Shown: one piece after another, positions 30,727 to 44,396 of the stretch | Layout: every line of letters starts with the position of its first letter | Position numbering within the stretch: the stretch's first letter is position 1 | Origin: the human T2T-CHM13v2.0 reference genome, Homo sapiens | Reading direction: 5' to 3' (one strand) | Assembly: GCF_009914755.1 (NCBI RefSeq) | Contig: NC_060936.1 | Length of the DNA: 64,000 bases | The notes under the pieces: model-generated | What the model was told of the DNA's origin: nothing | Database searches by the model: none | The model's input: only the letters and a program-made list of their open reading frames with translations | Program-made: the position numbers and the translations under genes

Positions 30727-32984
30727 AGAAAGTGGTTTCTAAGGTACTACCAGCTCTCTCTCTCCCTGGAGCAAGAAGCCTTATGAATCTATCTTGCACT
30801 TTAAAAGAATGCAAGGAAAAAAGAGATAAATTAAAAGGTATTAATTTAATATTTCCAAAATGTTACCCCTGTTACATTTCATATAGTTTCATCTTAACTA
30901 TCTAAAACAAGTGCATAGAAAAATACTGGAAGGAAATATCAAAATGTTAACAGTGGTCTTCACTAATTAAAGGTTTGCCAGAGGATTTTATTTTCTCTTG
31001 CATAGGTTGCTTCTATATCTCACAAACTCTTACAGTGAGTGTTTATTACTGTAATTTTTCTCAGAAGTAAAATTATTTTAGGAAAAACCATTCAAAGCTC
31101 AGATGCACTATGTGGTGTCTATGAACTTGAAGATACCTCCATTTGAAGAGATGTTCTCCCTTGAGAAGATGAGTCGGTGGAAAGTGCCCTATATTATGCA
31201 TCAAGCATAATTTCCATCTTGGTTCATCTGGGATATTTGTACCTTTACAAATAATTAATTTTTAATTAATTTTTATACCTTTAAAAATAATCACAGATAA
31301 TTATTTTCTGCCACAATAGTTTCTTCAATTTTTTAATTAAAAGTCAATCCACCTTAGACTCGACTCTTTGGGGTGATAAAAAAGAGTTCTTGAATAAGGA
31401 TTCTGAAAGTCCCTAATACAGCCCTCAAAGAAGTAAACTAAGTTTAAAGTTATTTTCTTGTTTCTTATGTCTCCATGCTTGCAGAGTAAATTTAATGCCA
31501 GGTTTTGGAGAAATCTATCTTAGAATAAAAACACAGTTATCAGTGAAGCTACACATGTGACACTTAAATAAACAGGGAACAGATAGAAGGAAGTTCTCAC
31601 TGATGCTGGTGAACTGGATGTCCTAGTGAGCGTGCCACGTCACCAGAGTTGATAAGCAACTGACTGAAAACCTTGGTCTGGGAAGCTGCTGTGGTCAGAG
31701 ATCAAAGTGAGAAGGGAAAGGGAAATGCCTTTTCCACACCTAATAAGATTCATTTTTCTTGTTTTCCTTCACCAACTCCACAAGACTGTCAAGGTAATTT
31801 TTTGGTTTGCTACTAAGCTAAAAAAGGACTCAACCATTTTAAAGTTAGTAAGACATGGGAAATAATTACCTTTCAAGACTCCATAAGAGTCTTCAGAGTC
31901 AGGGAACATTGACCACCTGCTTGATTATAAAAAATAGTCTTTGTTCACCAAGGTAGCCCTATAGCTTCCTAGTGTCTACAGCATTTACACATCTACTTTC
32001 TCCTTCACAGCCTCTACCTCTGGAATAGAGATTCTTCTGGAATATTCCAGAGGTTGTAAGGGGTGTGACTGTTGCCCCATGGGGAAAATAGGGGCTGCTT
32101 GGTAAGTTTCTAGGCAGTTTTTTTTTTTTTTTCATAAGTGGACCCATTCTGAGGTCTGTCCTTTCCCCTCTCTGAAAGGACCAGAACCTGTTGTTCTGGG
32201 TTTAATTAAGAAAAGAAGACATGCACTCATGGCGTTCTTGATCTAAGGCATCCACTCACCCACAGGAAGAGTCTTTGGCAAGACGGTCTCCCGAGGTGTC
32301 TTCTAGAGCTATAGTTCATGTTCAATAAGGGAGAAATTACTTAAACTCATCTCACAACTTGATTACATTCTCACAATAATCTAGATAATGAATACATGGG
32401 AGTAGTAAATGAAAGTTCACTTTCTACTAAAATTTCAGAAAGAAAATAAGTAAGTCTGTTCTCTAGAAAGGAAAAAGTTTTCTCATTTATGTAAAATGAA
32501 TGAGATTAGTCATCATGGAGGTAAATCTAGAGATTGTAAATCTTTACCTGGAGAACTTTGACAACAGTCAAAACTCTAATCAAAAGAATGGTGTGATTTC
32601 TAGGAGGCAGGATTACAACGTAAGGGAAAATCTAGCCAATTTTACTTACCCTGTCTGAACCAAATTGGGTGGCCAATGTGAAGCATAGAAAAGAGAAACC
32701 CAAGATTCATAAAATGGTAATATTTGTCAAACTACAGCCTATGAGGAATTTGGATGAATGAAGATAGATTATTAAGATGTGTGTGTTCAGTTAGGATAGG
32801 AGTAACTCACAGAGCCTCACCTCCTAATAAATATCCTTCCAATTTTTCCATAGGCTTTTTCATTCATCATAGTAGTCACAAAGTGACTCTGTAATTACTA
32901 ATTCAGTTTCTCAGCTACTTCAGTATTAATAGAAGGTATTTCAGATACAAACACAATCTGGTCATTAAAAATAAAAATCTCTTA

Positions 32985-33276
32985 CACCTCTAAACCTAGC
33001 ATGTTGGGAAGCCAAGGCAGGACAATTGCTTGAAGCCAGGAGTTTGAGACAAACCTGGGCAACGTAGTGAGATCATGTCTTTGCAAAAACAAATATAAAA
33101 CTTAGCTGAGCATGGTAGCATGCACCTATAGTCCTAGGTACTCCAAAGGTTTCAGTAGGAAGATCACTTGAGTCCAGGAGTTTGATGGTGCAGTAAGTTA
33201 TGATTTCACCAATGTACTCCAGTCTGAGTGACACAACCAGACTTATCTCTAAAAATAAATAAATAAATAAATAAAT
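32985..33276 (+). mobile_element. Degenerate AluJ with (AAAT)n tail
   Basis: gggaagccaaggcagg...ggagtttgagac...tactccagtctgagtgaca. Confidence 0.8.
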
Positions 33277-35594
33277 ATCTTACTTTCAATAAATATAAAT
33301 CCTCTACTGGTATTATGTGGATAACAACACATACTTTCAATAGGTTGTGATGAAGATCAAAATAGAGAACATATTTAATACATCTGACATATGCCTGACC
33401 CATAATAAATATTTGGTAATTCTCCTACCTTTTTGCCTCTCTTTGCTTTTATTCAAATTACAACAAATAAAAGATACAGAGTAATATTATCCAGCTGATA
33501 TGGAGAACCTGCTCTCTAACACTGACTACCTCTGTCCTTGGGCAAGTCATTGATCTCTGGCCATTGGATTCCTAAGATAAAGCAAGGATTTGGACTAGAT
33601 GATATCTGATTTCTTTTCTATCTCTAATATTAAAAGAGACTGAGTATTTAAGATTGGTCCTTGGGGTGTCATTTTGATTCCATTAAGCCTGAGATTCAAT
33701 TATTCTGCTCAATTGATCTTTCTTAATAATAAACAAAATCAAACAACTTAGACAACATTCAGGTTAACAAGGCAGCAAATTAGCAACACATAACAGACCT
33801 TCTCTTAACTTCCCATTAAAACACCTACGAGGATATACAAAAAGATAAAAACTGGCACCAGTATTGTAAACTGAAAATAAGAGAAGAAGATATGTCAAAG
33901 TTCAGAGGGACTTTCCACTAATCGCATCATTAATGGATAGGGATTGAGAAATATAATCTTGGATGGCACAAACACTACCCTTTGAACCAGAACAGCAACA
34001 ACCCCAAAGCAAGAGGAAGACCTTGGCTCTCCCCCACTGGCCGAGGTCAACTTCAGGACAAGGGGTTGCCCTGACCGGAAAAATAGGTGCCATCCCCCAC
34101 TGAAATAGAGTTATCATCTGAGCAAGCCAACATCATAACCTCTCTTTTTTCCCCATCAGCAGTTCTATTTCTGTATCCATTTAGAGTCTACAATTCCCAG
34201 TGAGGTACTAATCTTGAAGTAGAATAACAGTTGGTTAACAGTGTAGTGAGTACTAAGTAGGGGTTGGGACAAGGTGAATACTGAAAACTGAGTGTGGTGA
34301 GCGTTAGGAAGCAGGGAGGAAGAGTGTTATCTTTCATGTACTGATATTTCATACGAATTGCATTTTAATCATTGTCAAAAATTGCAACTCTTTCAGCAGA
34401 TGTATGCTGTGCCCATACTGTATCATATACAGGACCTTTAACCCTCCTTGGCTAGAGCTAGGAAGGAAAAATTGTCAGTCCCTGAGTGGGCAATGAGAGA
34501 GTCAAAGACCACATCACTCACCCTGTCTATTGGTAACCCAATACTGGATCTTTGAAATTATTCTGCAACATTTAGGGAATGAGATATTTATACTGAAGGC
34601 TCAAGGGAGAGCTTATTTTTTAAAATTATCACTATGAAGACAAATAGAGCAATGCTTTATTTATGAAACAATTTCTTCAAAGTTTTTACTAGCTAAATAT
34701 TCTCAGGCTCTTTTAGTGTTTGGTGGCCATTTCCCGGTTGATTCCACTCACATGGGATGTTTTGATCATAGCTTTTCACAAAAATTTGCCAAGATACCGT
34801 ATTAACTAGTGTAACTATATCACCCTTAATGGTTCTGTCAACTGGCATATAGCAGATATAATTCGTCAACTTTGCAGCAGAATGCATTCTTAATTTGAAA
34901 GTAAAAACCAAATGGAAATCCTTGTTGTGTTCAATAATGCATTAGACACAGTATAGACTGTTACCAGAAGGATTTGGTTCTGCTTTCTCTTCAATAAGTC
35001 ATGTTAAAAGAATGACTGCAATATTCCAAACTGTTATATTATTGCAATCAAACTGATGCTGGAGAGGTTTCGAATCTGGATATTTCCTTATAAAATAACA
35101 ACCTGAATAAATGAAAAGCAATTCATAACTTTCCCATTTTTCACTTTACCATTAGGATAGCAGATAGCCATATTTTAGGTCCTTTATTTTTCCTCCTAAA
35201 CTGATGTATATAATTTAACATAAATAATATTTTAGAAATATGTTAATAATTAAGAAATTTCTCCCTTTTCATATTTTTAGTGGTTTCCCTACAGGAATTT
35301 AGAGGCGGCAGAGGGGGAAGGAGTGGTGGTGGTCATAGCTAACACTTGTAGTGACACTTACCATGTGTCACATATTATGCTCAGCATTTTACTTACATTC
35401 TCTTGCACAATCTTGATGATCATTCTAGGAAATAGATATGTAATTACCTTTATTCTACAAATAGGGGGTGAAAATATCAGGCATCTGGAAAGCGTTGTTT
35501 CAGAAAGAAAATCTGCAAGAGTGGAAAGGTATTGGCTCATAGAATGTTGTAAGAAATTAAATTTTATGTATAACCAAGAGAGTTTCTACCTTAA

Positions 35595-36100
35595 TTAAAT
35601 TTAACAAGTATTTATTGTATGCCCACAAGGCAATTTTCTAGGCAATTAGGGACAAAACAATGAACAAAACATATAACACCATCATGTGACTTACTTTCTT
35701 CAGTCTATAAATGAACAAATGAACAGGTGATGGTTTCCATGAAAAAAAAACATGATAAAAGATTTGACAGTGATGGTAAATGATCAAGGATACAGAGGGT
35801 GTGAAAACAATGCCTAAGGATGATCTCTCTGAGGAGAGATCTGCTTTTAGGTAGAGAACTCAGTGAAGAACAGAAGTGAGATGTGAAAAACTGGGGAAAA
35901 GAGTTCCAGACAGAATAAACAGCAGTTGCAAAGATCCTTGGATGAAAACAAAGTTGGTAAGTTCAAGAAAGAGAAAGAGGGCAATGAGGCTGGATTAAAA
36001 TCAGCAAGGGGAAGAGTGAAGAAAGTGTAGAGATGTAGTCATCTTTGTAAGCCATCGCTTTGTAAGGGCTTTGAGTTGTGGTAAATGCTTTGGGTTTCAT
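35595..36100 (-). mobile_element. L2 fragment (continues at ~38255-38760)
   Basis: ttaacaagtatttattg...gacagaataaacagcagttgcaaagatcc; later gctattgcagtaatctaggtgacagatgatgg. Confidence 0.6.
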
Positions 36101-36129
36101 TAAAAAATAAAGAAGGTGGGAAGCTTGAG

Positions 36130-36922
36130 AGGTGTTCCAAATCTTTGTTCAGCTCTCTTCCTGGACACCTAGCCAGGCCACACTTCACAGCATACGTTGC
36201 AGCTCAGTGTGGTCATATGACTGAGAGCCAGCCTGTGGAGTGTGAGTGGAAGTGAGGTGCACTACTTCCAGGATTGAACAATAAAAATTATCCACCCACG
36301 CATCTCTGTGTCATTCCTCCTTTCTTGCCTTCAGGGATAGAACGGTGGATGACAGCCTTCAAATCCATATGTTGAAGATGGCAGAGCCACCATCACCTGG
36401 AAACCTAATGACCACATTGAGAAAAGCCTGGCCAACAACCAGTTCACTCACCAAAAACTCTTACGTGAGAGAGAATTAACTTCCATTTTGTCGAGGCATA
36501 ACACACGTGGGTCTATGTATTATCACAACCTAGTCTACCATAACTTCCCCAGTATCCATTCTGCCCTTTTGCTATTGCAATAGAACCCTTAATTTTCAGC
36601 TTAGCACTTGAGTACACGGAATAAAGATTGTATTTCTAAGCGTCCCTTGCAGTTAAGTGTGGTAGCACAACTAATTTTGGGCTAAAATGGTATGAAGTGG
36701 AAGTGATATACATATATATATATTCCCAAAGGGGCATAGCCTCCTCTTTTCCACTTCCCACTGGCCTGAAAGCAGATGTGGTGATGTCGAGTCACCTTGA
36801 ACCATATGGACAAGTTTTATACTCTATGCATAACAGAAAAATAAGATGAAGTAGCTTGGGTCCCTGAACTGTGGAGGCATCATTAACCTCACGATCTTAT
36901 TAAGCCTGCAGCTATTTGGAGT
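36130..36922 (+). mobile_element. Old MaLR LTR remnants (MLT1I/J-like)
   Basis: gttgaagatggcagagcc; tcccttgcagttaagtgtgg; gcttgggtccctga; resumes at 38149-38250. Confidence 0.55.
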
Positions 36923-38148
36923 ACAAAAATTAATTCAAGATGGATTAAAGACTGAAATGTTAGACGTAAAACCATAAAAACCCTAGAAGAAAACCTAGGC
37001 AATACCATTCAGGACATAGGCATGGGCAAGGACTTCGTGACTAAAACACCAAAAGCAATGGCAACAAAAGCCAAAATAGACAAATAGGATCTAATTAAAC
37101 TAAAGAGCTTCTGCACAGCAAAAGAAACTACCATCAAAGTGAATAGGCAACCTACAGAATGGGAGAAAATTTTTACAATCTACCCATCTGACAAAGGGCT
37201 AATATCCAGAATCTACAAAGAACTTAAACAAATTTACAAGAAAAAATCAAACAACCCCATCAAAAAGTGGGCGAAGGATATGAACAGACACTTCTCAAAA
37301 GAAGACATTTATGCAGCCAAAAGGCACATGAAAAAAATGCTCATCATCACTGGGCATCAGAGAAATGCAAATCAAAACCACAATGAGATACCATCTCACA
37401 CCAGTTAGAATGGCGATTATTAAAAAGTCAGGAAACAATAGGTGCTGGAGAGGATGTGGAGAAATAGGAATGCTTTTACGCTGTTGGTGGGACTGTAAAC
37501 TAGTTCAACCACTATGGAAGACAGTGTGGTGATTCCTCAAGGATCTAGTACTGGAAATACCATTTAACCCAGCCATCCTATTACTGGGCATATACCCAAA
37601 GGATTATAAATCATGCTGCTATAAAAACAGATGCATACGTATGTTTATAGTGGCACTATTCACAATAGCAAAGGCTTGCAACCAACCCAAATGTCCATCA
37701 ATGGTAGACTGGATTAAGAAAATGTGGCACATATACACCATGGAATAGTATGCAGCCATAAAAAAGGATGAGTTCATGTCCTTTGTAGGGATATGAATGA
37801 AGCTAGAAACCATCATTCTGAGCAAACTATCACAAGGACAGAAAACCAAACACCACATGTTCTCACTCATAGGTGGGAATTGAACGATGAGAACACTTGG
37901 GCACAGAGTGGGGAACATCACATACCGGGCCCTGTCGTGGGGTGGGGGGAAGGGGGAGAGACAGTATTAGGAGATATACCTAATGTAAATGATGAGTTAA
38001 CGGGTGCAGCACACCAACATGGCACATGTATACATATGTAACAAACCTGCATGTTGTGCACACATACCCTAGAACTTAAAGTATAATAATAATAATAATT
38101 TTTAAAAAAACAGAAAAAATATAGAAAAGAAAAAAAAAGAAAAAGAAA
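36923..38148 (+). mobile_element. 5'-truncated L1PA5 (~1.2 kb)
   Basis: ORF2 C-terminal peptide at 37139-37408; 3'UTR atgtaaatgatgagttaacgggtgcagcacaccaac...ccctagaacttaaag; A-rich tail; 77-bp flanking duplication. Confidence 0.9.
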
Positions 38149-39462
38149 ATGGAGTAGCTTGGGTCTCTGACCTGTGGAGGCATCATTAACCTCGCTATCT
38201 TGTTAAACCTACAGCTATTTGGAGTTTCATTTTCAATAGTTACCTATATGCTGAATAATCTAGAAGTCATCAGGAGGCTTTAAGTAGGTGAAACATAATT
38301 CAACACAGACTGGTTTATATGTTACAACTCTGGCTGCTGGGTGGAAAATAAGTTGTGGGGGAGGGCAGAGTAAAATCAGGGAAAGCAGTTAAAATGCTAT
38401 TGCAGTAATCTAGGTGACAGATGATGGAGCAAGCTAAGGAGGAAAGAAGTAGTAGGATTCAGAGTTTTTGGAAGGTGGTGCCAATGGTATCTAATATAGG
38501 CTTGAGGTAAGGTGATTGTCAGAAAGAGAAGAGAAAATGACTCTGGTTTCTGACTTAAGCAATTGGGCAAACAGGCCACTAACTGAGATGGAGAACATTG
38601 GGAAAGAAGCAAGTTTGAGGAAGAAAATCAAACTTTTTTTAAAATTTTTAGCTAGTTATTCAAATGGAGATAGCAAGTGACATTCTATGGAATCTAGAAA
38701 CTTCCAGCTTGGAGTTTAGGAAAGATGTTAGGCTAGAAACAAAACTTTGGGAAAATCATTAATAAATTTATAATACAATGTACTAGCATAATATCAAAGG
38801 GCTCCATTTATGGCAAGAATCCAGATACAATAGAGGCAATATCATGTTGGATTGGCCCAACATAACATTGCATATTTTTCTAATTGGCAACAAAATATGA
38901 CTTAATACTTACATGATATTCTTGTTTATTTATAATTGGCATGTAGAACAATAATTGGTATCCAGTTCTGGGTCCTTCAGGATGACATGATATTAAGAGA
39001 CAGGACAGATATTATTGGCATAATACACAAGAAGACCTTGGTGAATTATCTTCTACTTGTGTTTTTAATCACGTTAACTATAGAAGCATTCCTGTCTATG
39101 TTGTACTATTTGTCTTTCAAGGGACTGGGAAAGGCTTCATCACTGGGCACTATGCTTGCTGAAGAATAGAAGGAAATGGCATTTGCACTTCCAAAGTCAC
39201 AGGATAAAAGAGATGCCTCCCACTGTCATCTTCTACCCTCTTTGTGGGTACTTATTCTCTGGGTAATTATTGTCTAATTTTCCTGTTTGATATTAGCCTC
39301 ACCCTTAGCACCTAGGAAGGAATTGAATGAATACTTTCCTGAGGCTCTAAGACTCACATAAAGCCCACATGCATAATGGGATTAACTATCTAGACTGAAT
39401 GACTTTTCCCAGTTAATGTAAGTACTATTTACAAGAGTCAGCTTAATATTTTTGAAATGGGA

Positions 39463-39750
39463 AGCCTTCCTTGCCTCTTGCACCTGCTGGTGGCTCCAGG
39501 CGTTCTTTGACTGTGGCTGCATAACTCCAATCTCTGCCTCTGCCTTTACCCCTCTATTCTTTTCTGTGTCTCTTTTAAGGATACTTGTCATTGAATATAA
39601 GACCCACCTAGACAATCCAGGATGGTCTCATCTTGAGATCCTTAATTAATTACATCTAAAAAGACTATTTTTCCAAATAAGGGCATGTTCAGTTTCCAGA
39701 GATTAGAATGTGGACATATATTTTGGGGAGTCACCATTAAACCCACTGCA
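39463..39750 (-). mobile_element. MLT1B/C-like MaLR LTR
   Basis: ctccaatctctgcctc...aatccaggatggtctcatcttgagatccttaa...tttccaaataagg. Confidence 0.75.
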
Positions 39751-40029
39751 GTCTCAAGTCTTGTCAATCATTAGAACCACCTAGATAACTTGATAAAGTA
39801 CAGATTCTCAGGTCCCATCCTTAGCCATTCGAATTCCATAGACCGGGTTTGTATGCATGTTTGTGTTTTATTGTAGATCAGAACTAAATCTAGGTTTAAA
39901 AAAGAAAATCACTAGGTGATTCTGATGGTTATTGTCCCCTATTCTTTCAAGATCTTAATTTTGGAAAATGTCATTGTTATCTGTTACATCATCAATGCAG
40001 TGAAAGACAATAGCATATCAAGAATGGCA

Positions 40030-40245
40030 AGATGGTATGGGGGAAATTGTGGGCTTGGAAATCAACCAAGGCTGAACCTGAAATTTGGCGATATCTTGTG
40101 TTATTACTTAAATTCTGTGAGCATCAGTTTTCTCACCTGTAGAATGGAAGTCTTTACATTATAGTGTTATTGTGAAGATTAATGAGATAACGTATGTAAA
40201 ACCCCAGCACGTGCTCAGTGATCAATTAAATGGAAACTATTATTA
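40030..40245 (+). mobile_element. MIR
   Basis: cagttttctcacctgtagaatgg...ttattgtgaagattaatgagataacgtatgtaaa. Confidence 0.75.
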
Positions 40246-40541
40246 GCAAAAGGTGGATCTGGCAGCCTATGTTAATCCATGTAGCTATAATACAATCATC
40301 CAAACTGACTCATTAATCATATGTCATGATTTGCTTAATTTTGATATATAAAAAGAATAGTATTTATAAATTTTGGAATTATGAACAGGTTCTATAAAAC
40401 AATGAGAGAGTGTAATGGAAAATATTACCTCTTTAATTATTATAGTGATGATTTTTCAACTTCCATATAGTTTCCAAAACCCTAGGTAAATGAAAAATCT
40501 CTAATGTTCAATTGATTAAGTGGCTTCACCCAAACTTCTCC

Positions 40542-40821
40542 TATGGACTATATTCTGTCTCCCCAAAATTCATATATTGAACGTCACAAGGGTGGGATGC
40601 CAATCTAATAAGACAGTGGCTTTATAAGAAAACAAAGAGAGAGAGAGATCTTAAGCAATCTTTCTCTGCCATGTGAGGACACAGTGAGAAGGCAGCCATC
40701 TGCAAACCAAAAAGAGACCCCTCAATGTTGAACTTCCAGCTTCCAGAACTATGAGAAATATACATCATTTAAGCCACTCTGTTTGTGGTATTTTGTTATG
40801 GCAGCCCTAGCAGATGAATAC
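40542..40821 (+). mobile_element. MLT1A/A0-like MaLR LTR
   Basis: gccatgtgaggacacagtgagaaggcagccatctgcaa...ttccagaactatgagaaa...gtggtattttgttatggcagcc. Confidence 0.8.
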
Positions 40822-41884
40822 ACCCCCCCATCTAGCCTATATCCCTTTTTAGCATGATTCTTAGAAAATATGTCCTCATTGTTGTCATGAACATTTCCCA
40901 GGCCTGCTACTTCTCCTTAATTCTAATAGATGGGGTAAAGGAAAGTTATGTGTTACATGGGAGACAACAGAGAGTGTTTCCTATTAATTTGTAAGAAACC
41001 AAGCTCATCAAGCACAAACTATCATCAGTATAGACTTCTTTAATGGGATTATCAGACCCATAGTTTCTCTTAATTCAGGATGGATATTTTTCCTTGAGTA
41101 ATTTTTTTTCCTCTTTCTGTGAGTAAATTCTCTGGCCATCTAGGTAAATTTATTGCTCATACTTCTGTTCAAAAAGCTTTGATATTCACCGTTGCTTTCA
41201 GAATGGCCGGAGGACCCATCAATTCATAACTGCAAAGACCTCCAATTCCTTAACTCCTACTCCTCTTTGTGTAAACTTTTGATCCAAACTGTATGCTGAT
41301 GTCCTACTGACCAGCATTGTTCTTTCACTTTCTCACATTTTTCCATCTCATTCCTTCTACCTCACATGCCCTGCTAGCACAGTCAACTATATCCAATCTA
41401 AACAACAGGTCCTACTTCACCTCCTACCAGCTCCAAGAAGGCTTTGCTGACCACTCCAGGAAATGACTCAGTCCATGCTAGCTTTATCCTTGTTGTGTCA
41501 CATTACTCTCAGGACTTTGCACAGGATAAATGTTCATAAATATTAATACTTCTTGGTCTAAATATATTTCTCTATGTAAAGAGCCCTTGAACTTCTAAGG
41601 CACTTCTTGTCTGTATCAGCAATTTGAAACGAATCACGAACCTTCTGAGGACAGCCCATATGTATGTTTGTGTTATTTACATTTTCTATTGTGATTTCAC
41701 TTTCTGCTTCTAGTGTGAGCTACATTGGGAGCTTCTTGAGGACTACATCCCATGAATGAGATTTGGAACTAGGAAAGACTACAGGTTCCAACCTAGACTT
41801 CCCTGCTGCTAAAATTACACTGTTTAGTAAGTCACTTCACAACCAATTTTATGAGTAAATGGAAATGATAATCCCTGTCCTTCA

Positions 41885-42010
41885 GGGCATGGTGGCTCAC
41901 ACCTGTAGCGCCAACTACTTGAGACCTGGGTAGGAAGATCTCTTGAGCTCAGGAGTTTGAGTCCAGCCTGGACAACATAGTGAGATGCCATCTCTAAAAC
42001 AAAACAAAAC
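41885..42010 (+). mobile_element. Alu left monomer (FLAM-like) inserted in a MIR (~41760-42110)
   Basis: agggcatggtggctcacacctgtag...caggagtttgagtccagcctgg; (AAAAC)n tail; MIR core on both sides. Confidence 0.75.
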
Positions 42011-43119
42011 CATAATAAGTACCTCATAGGATTTATATGAGGATAGAATGATGTATTGTAAAGTATCTAGCACAGCATCTGCCTCATGGTAAATTGTCAA
42101 TATGTGGGAGCTTTATTCTTATGTCCCAGTACTCCCAACACTTTTGTAGGTTAAATATTTTTAATTGTTAATTTCAATATATATTTCTATATAAAGATAA
42201 AATGGGGGAAGGGATGCCATATTTAAATGTTTTTGTAAGGCCTCTTCTAACTCAAGATGTCCTGATGCTATAAACTTTAAAGTGTATCAGAACGCATAGC
42301 ACAGAAGGCAGCACAGTGTTGAACAATAATGCTCTTTAAAGTAGCTGCTGCATTTCCCACATTTCTTTCATTGTTCAGAAAATGGCTCAATAAGCCCACT
42401 AGATGATTTGGAATTCATTCAGGTCTTGTGAGCCCATTGTTTGCAATTCTCTAACTGTCATTTTACAGTCACATTGGACCCAAAGGATAGAGTCTGAAAA
42501 TTTATTGAATGATGGAATTTTCCAGTTACAGAGCAGAATCCTAATAATTCAGAGACATCTCACTCCTGTAGAGGTCCCAGAAAAAGGTTAACGTGAACAC
42601 AATTGCCTGTCAAAATCTTCCAATTATAAACTAGTTACTAGTTACCTTTTCCTGCAGTTGTGTACACAAATTAATATTTAATTTGGATGATCTTCACCCA
42701 AAAATGAAGGTTATAGGAATCTGTGCTGTTGATTTAAATTAGAATATTATACTCCTTTTGTTTTTCCTTTCCCTATATTGATTCCATGCCTGAGCAGTTA
42801 AAACCTTTGTGGAACAGAGACATGACATGGTGTCACTGTTGGCAGCACAGAAAGACACAAAGGTAGAGAGATTTCAGGAACAGCAAAATCCCTGTTTCTT
42901 CCAAATATAGCCTTTCCTGGTTTTTACTTAGCCTGAAGTTTCTACTTCTGGAATTATATTTGTGGAAATAATAGTTTTTATGCACTAGTTTTTTAGAATA
43001 GCATGTACACACATACAAAGGCACACAGCAAAAAAATGTAAAAAACATGTGGAGGTATAGAAGGTCTACAAAGCAGTCCTGAAAAGGGGAAGGAAGTAAA
43101 AGTTTTAAATTCTGTTTGA

Positions 43120-43917
43120 CTCTGTTGCTGAGAATATAAATTAGTACAACCACTACAGAGAACAGTTTGGTTTGGAAACAGTTTTAGTTTCCTAAAAAAA
43201 CTAAAAATAGAGCTACCATACACTCCAGCAATTCCACTGCTGGGTATATATGCAAAAGAAAGGAAACCAGTATATCAAAGAGGTATCTTCATTATCATGT
43301 TTGTTATAGCACTGTTCAGAATAGCCAAGATTTGGAAGTAACTTAAGTGTCCACTGACAGACAAATGGATAAAGAAAATGTGGTACATATACACAATGGA
43401 GTACTGTTTAGCCATAAAAAAGAAGGAGATTCAGGTATCTGCAACATCATGGATGGAACTGGAGGTCATCATGTTAAGTGAAATAAGCCAGGCACAGCAA
43501 GACAAACATTGTATAGAGTCACTTATTTATGGGATCTAGAAATTGAAACAATTTAACTCATGGACATAGAGAGTAGAAAGATGGTTACCAGAGGCTGGGA
43601 AGTGTAGTGAGAGGTTGAGGAGACATGGGGATGGTTAATGGGTACAGAAAATTAGAATGAATGAATAAGGACTAGTATTTTATAGCACAAGGTGACTACA
43701 GTCAATAATAATTTAATTGTACATTTAAAAATAACTAAGAGTATAGTTGGATTTGTTTGTAACACAAAGGATAAATGCTTGAGGGGATGTATACCTGATT
43801 TCCATGATGTGATTATCATGCACAGCATGCGTATATTAAAATATCTCATGTACCTCACAAGTATGTACATCTACTACTACATATCCACAAAAATGAAAAT
43901 TAGAAATTATTATTTTT
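43120..43917 (+). mobile_element. L1MA2-like 3' end
   Basis: atggacatagagagtagaaagatggttaccagaggctggg...aacacaaaggataaatgcttgaggggatg; TSD aattctg(t/c)ttga at 43108-43119 and 43918-43929. Confidence 0.8.
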
Positions 43918-43940
43918 AATTCTGCTTGAAAATTTTGTCC

Positions 43941-44396
43941 TGTGAGAAAACATTTTAAATGGTTCATTTTCAAGGCATGATCAAAGTACTGGCAGCCAGC
44001 CTGTGGATGTAACAAACCACATGGCTCATGCACCTAGAAGGTCACAATAAACTGACAGAATGTAGAGGAGGAGTCAGCCCATAAAAGGGAAGAAAGTTTC
44101 GTTATTGGGAAATCAAAATTTAAGCGGGAAAGGGGACCGGGGTATGGGCTTATAAGGGGATAATGAAACTAAGGTTATGTCTGGGAAGATTGTAACCCCA
44201 TAGTACTCAACTGATGAGGAACTGGAAGAGGGATTTGCGTGCTGGGAGATAAATTACCTGCTATAACTGCCCTGGGTGTGCCTGCCTACCTGACACCCTA
44301 TCTGGAAAGACTGCCATTAAAAGTCTCACTTCCGCTATTCTTTGTGTCTCTGAGTCCATTCTTTGGGTTTGGATGGATGAATGTGTGTTTCTCACA
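43941..44396 (+). mobile_element. Solo LTR (LTR47-like)
   Basis: TG...CA ends with a 9-bp inverted terminal repeat tgtgagaaa/tttctcaca; attaaa signal at ~44316; flanks gtcc/gtct; family name from memory. Confidence 0.7.

Noticed and set aside
34693-34911. 72-aa minus-strand ORF in unique DNA as a possible coding exon
   Set aside because: No recognisable domain or convincing splice sites; the length is expected by chance.
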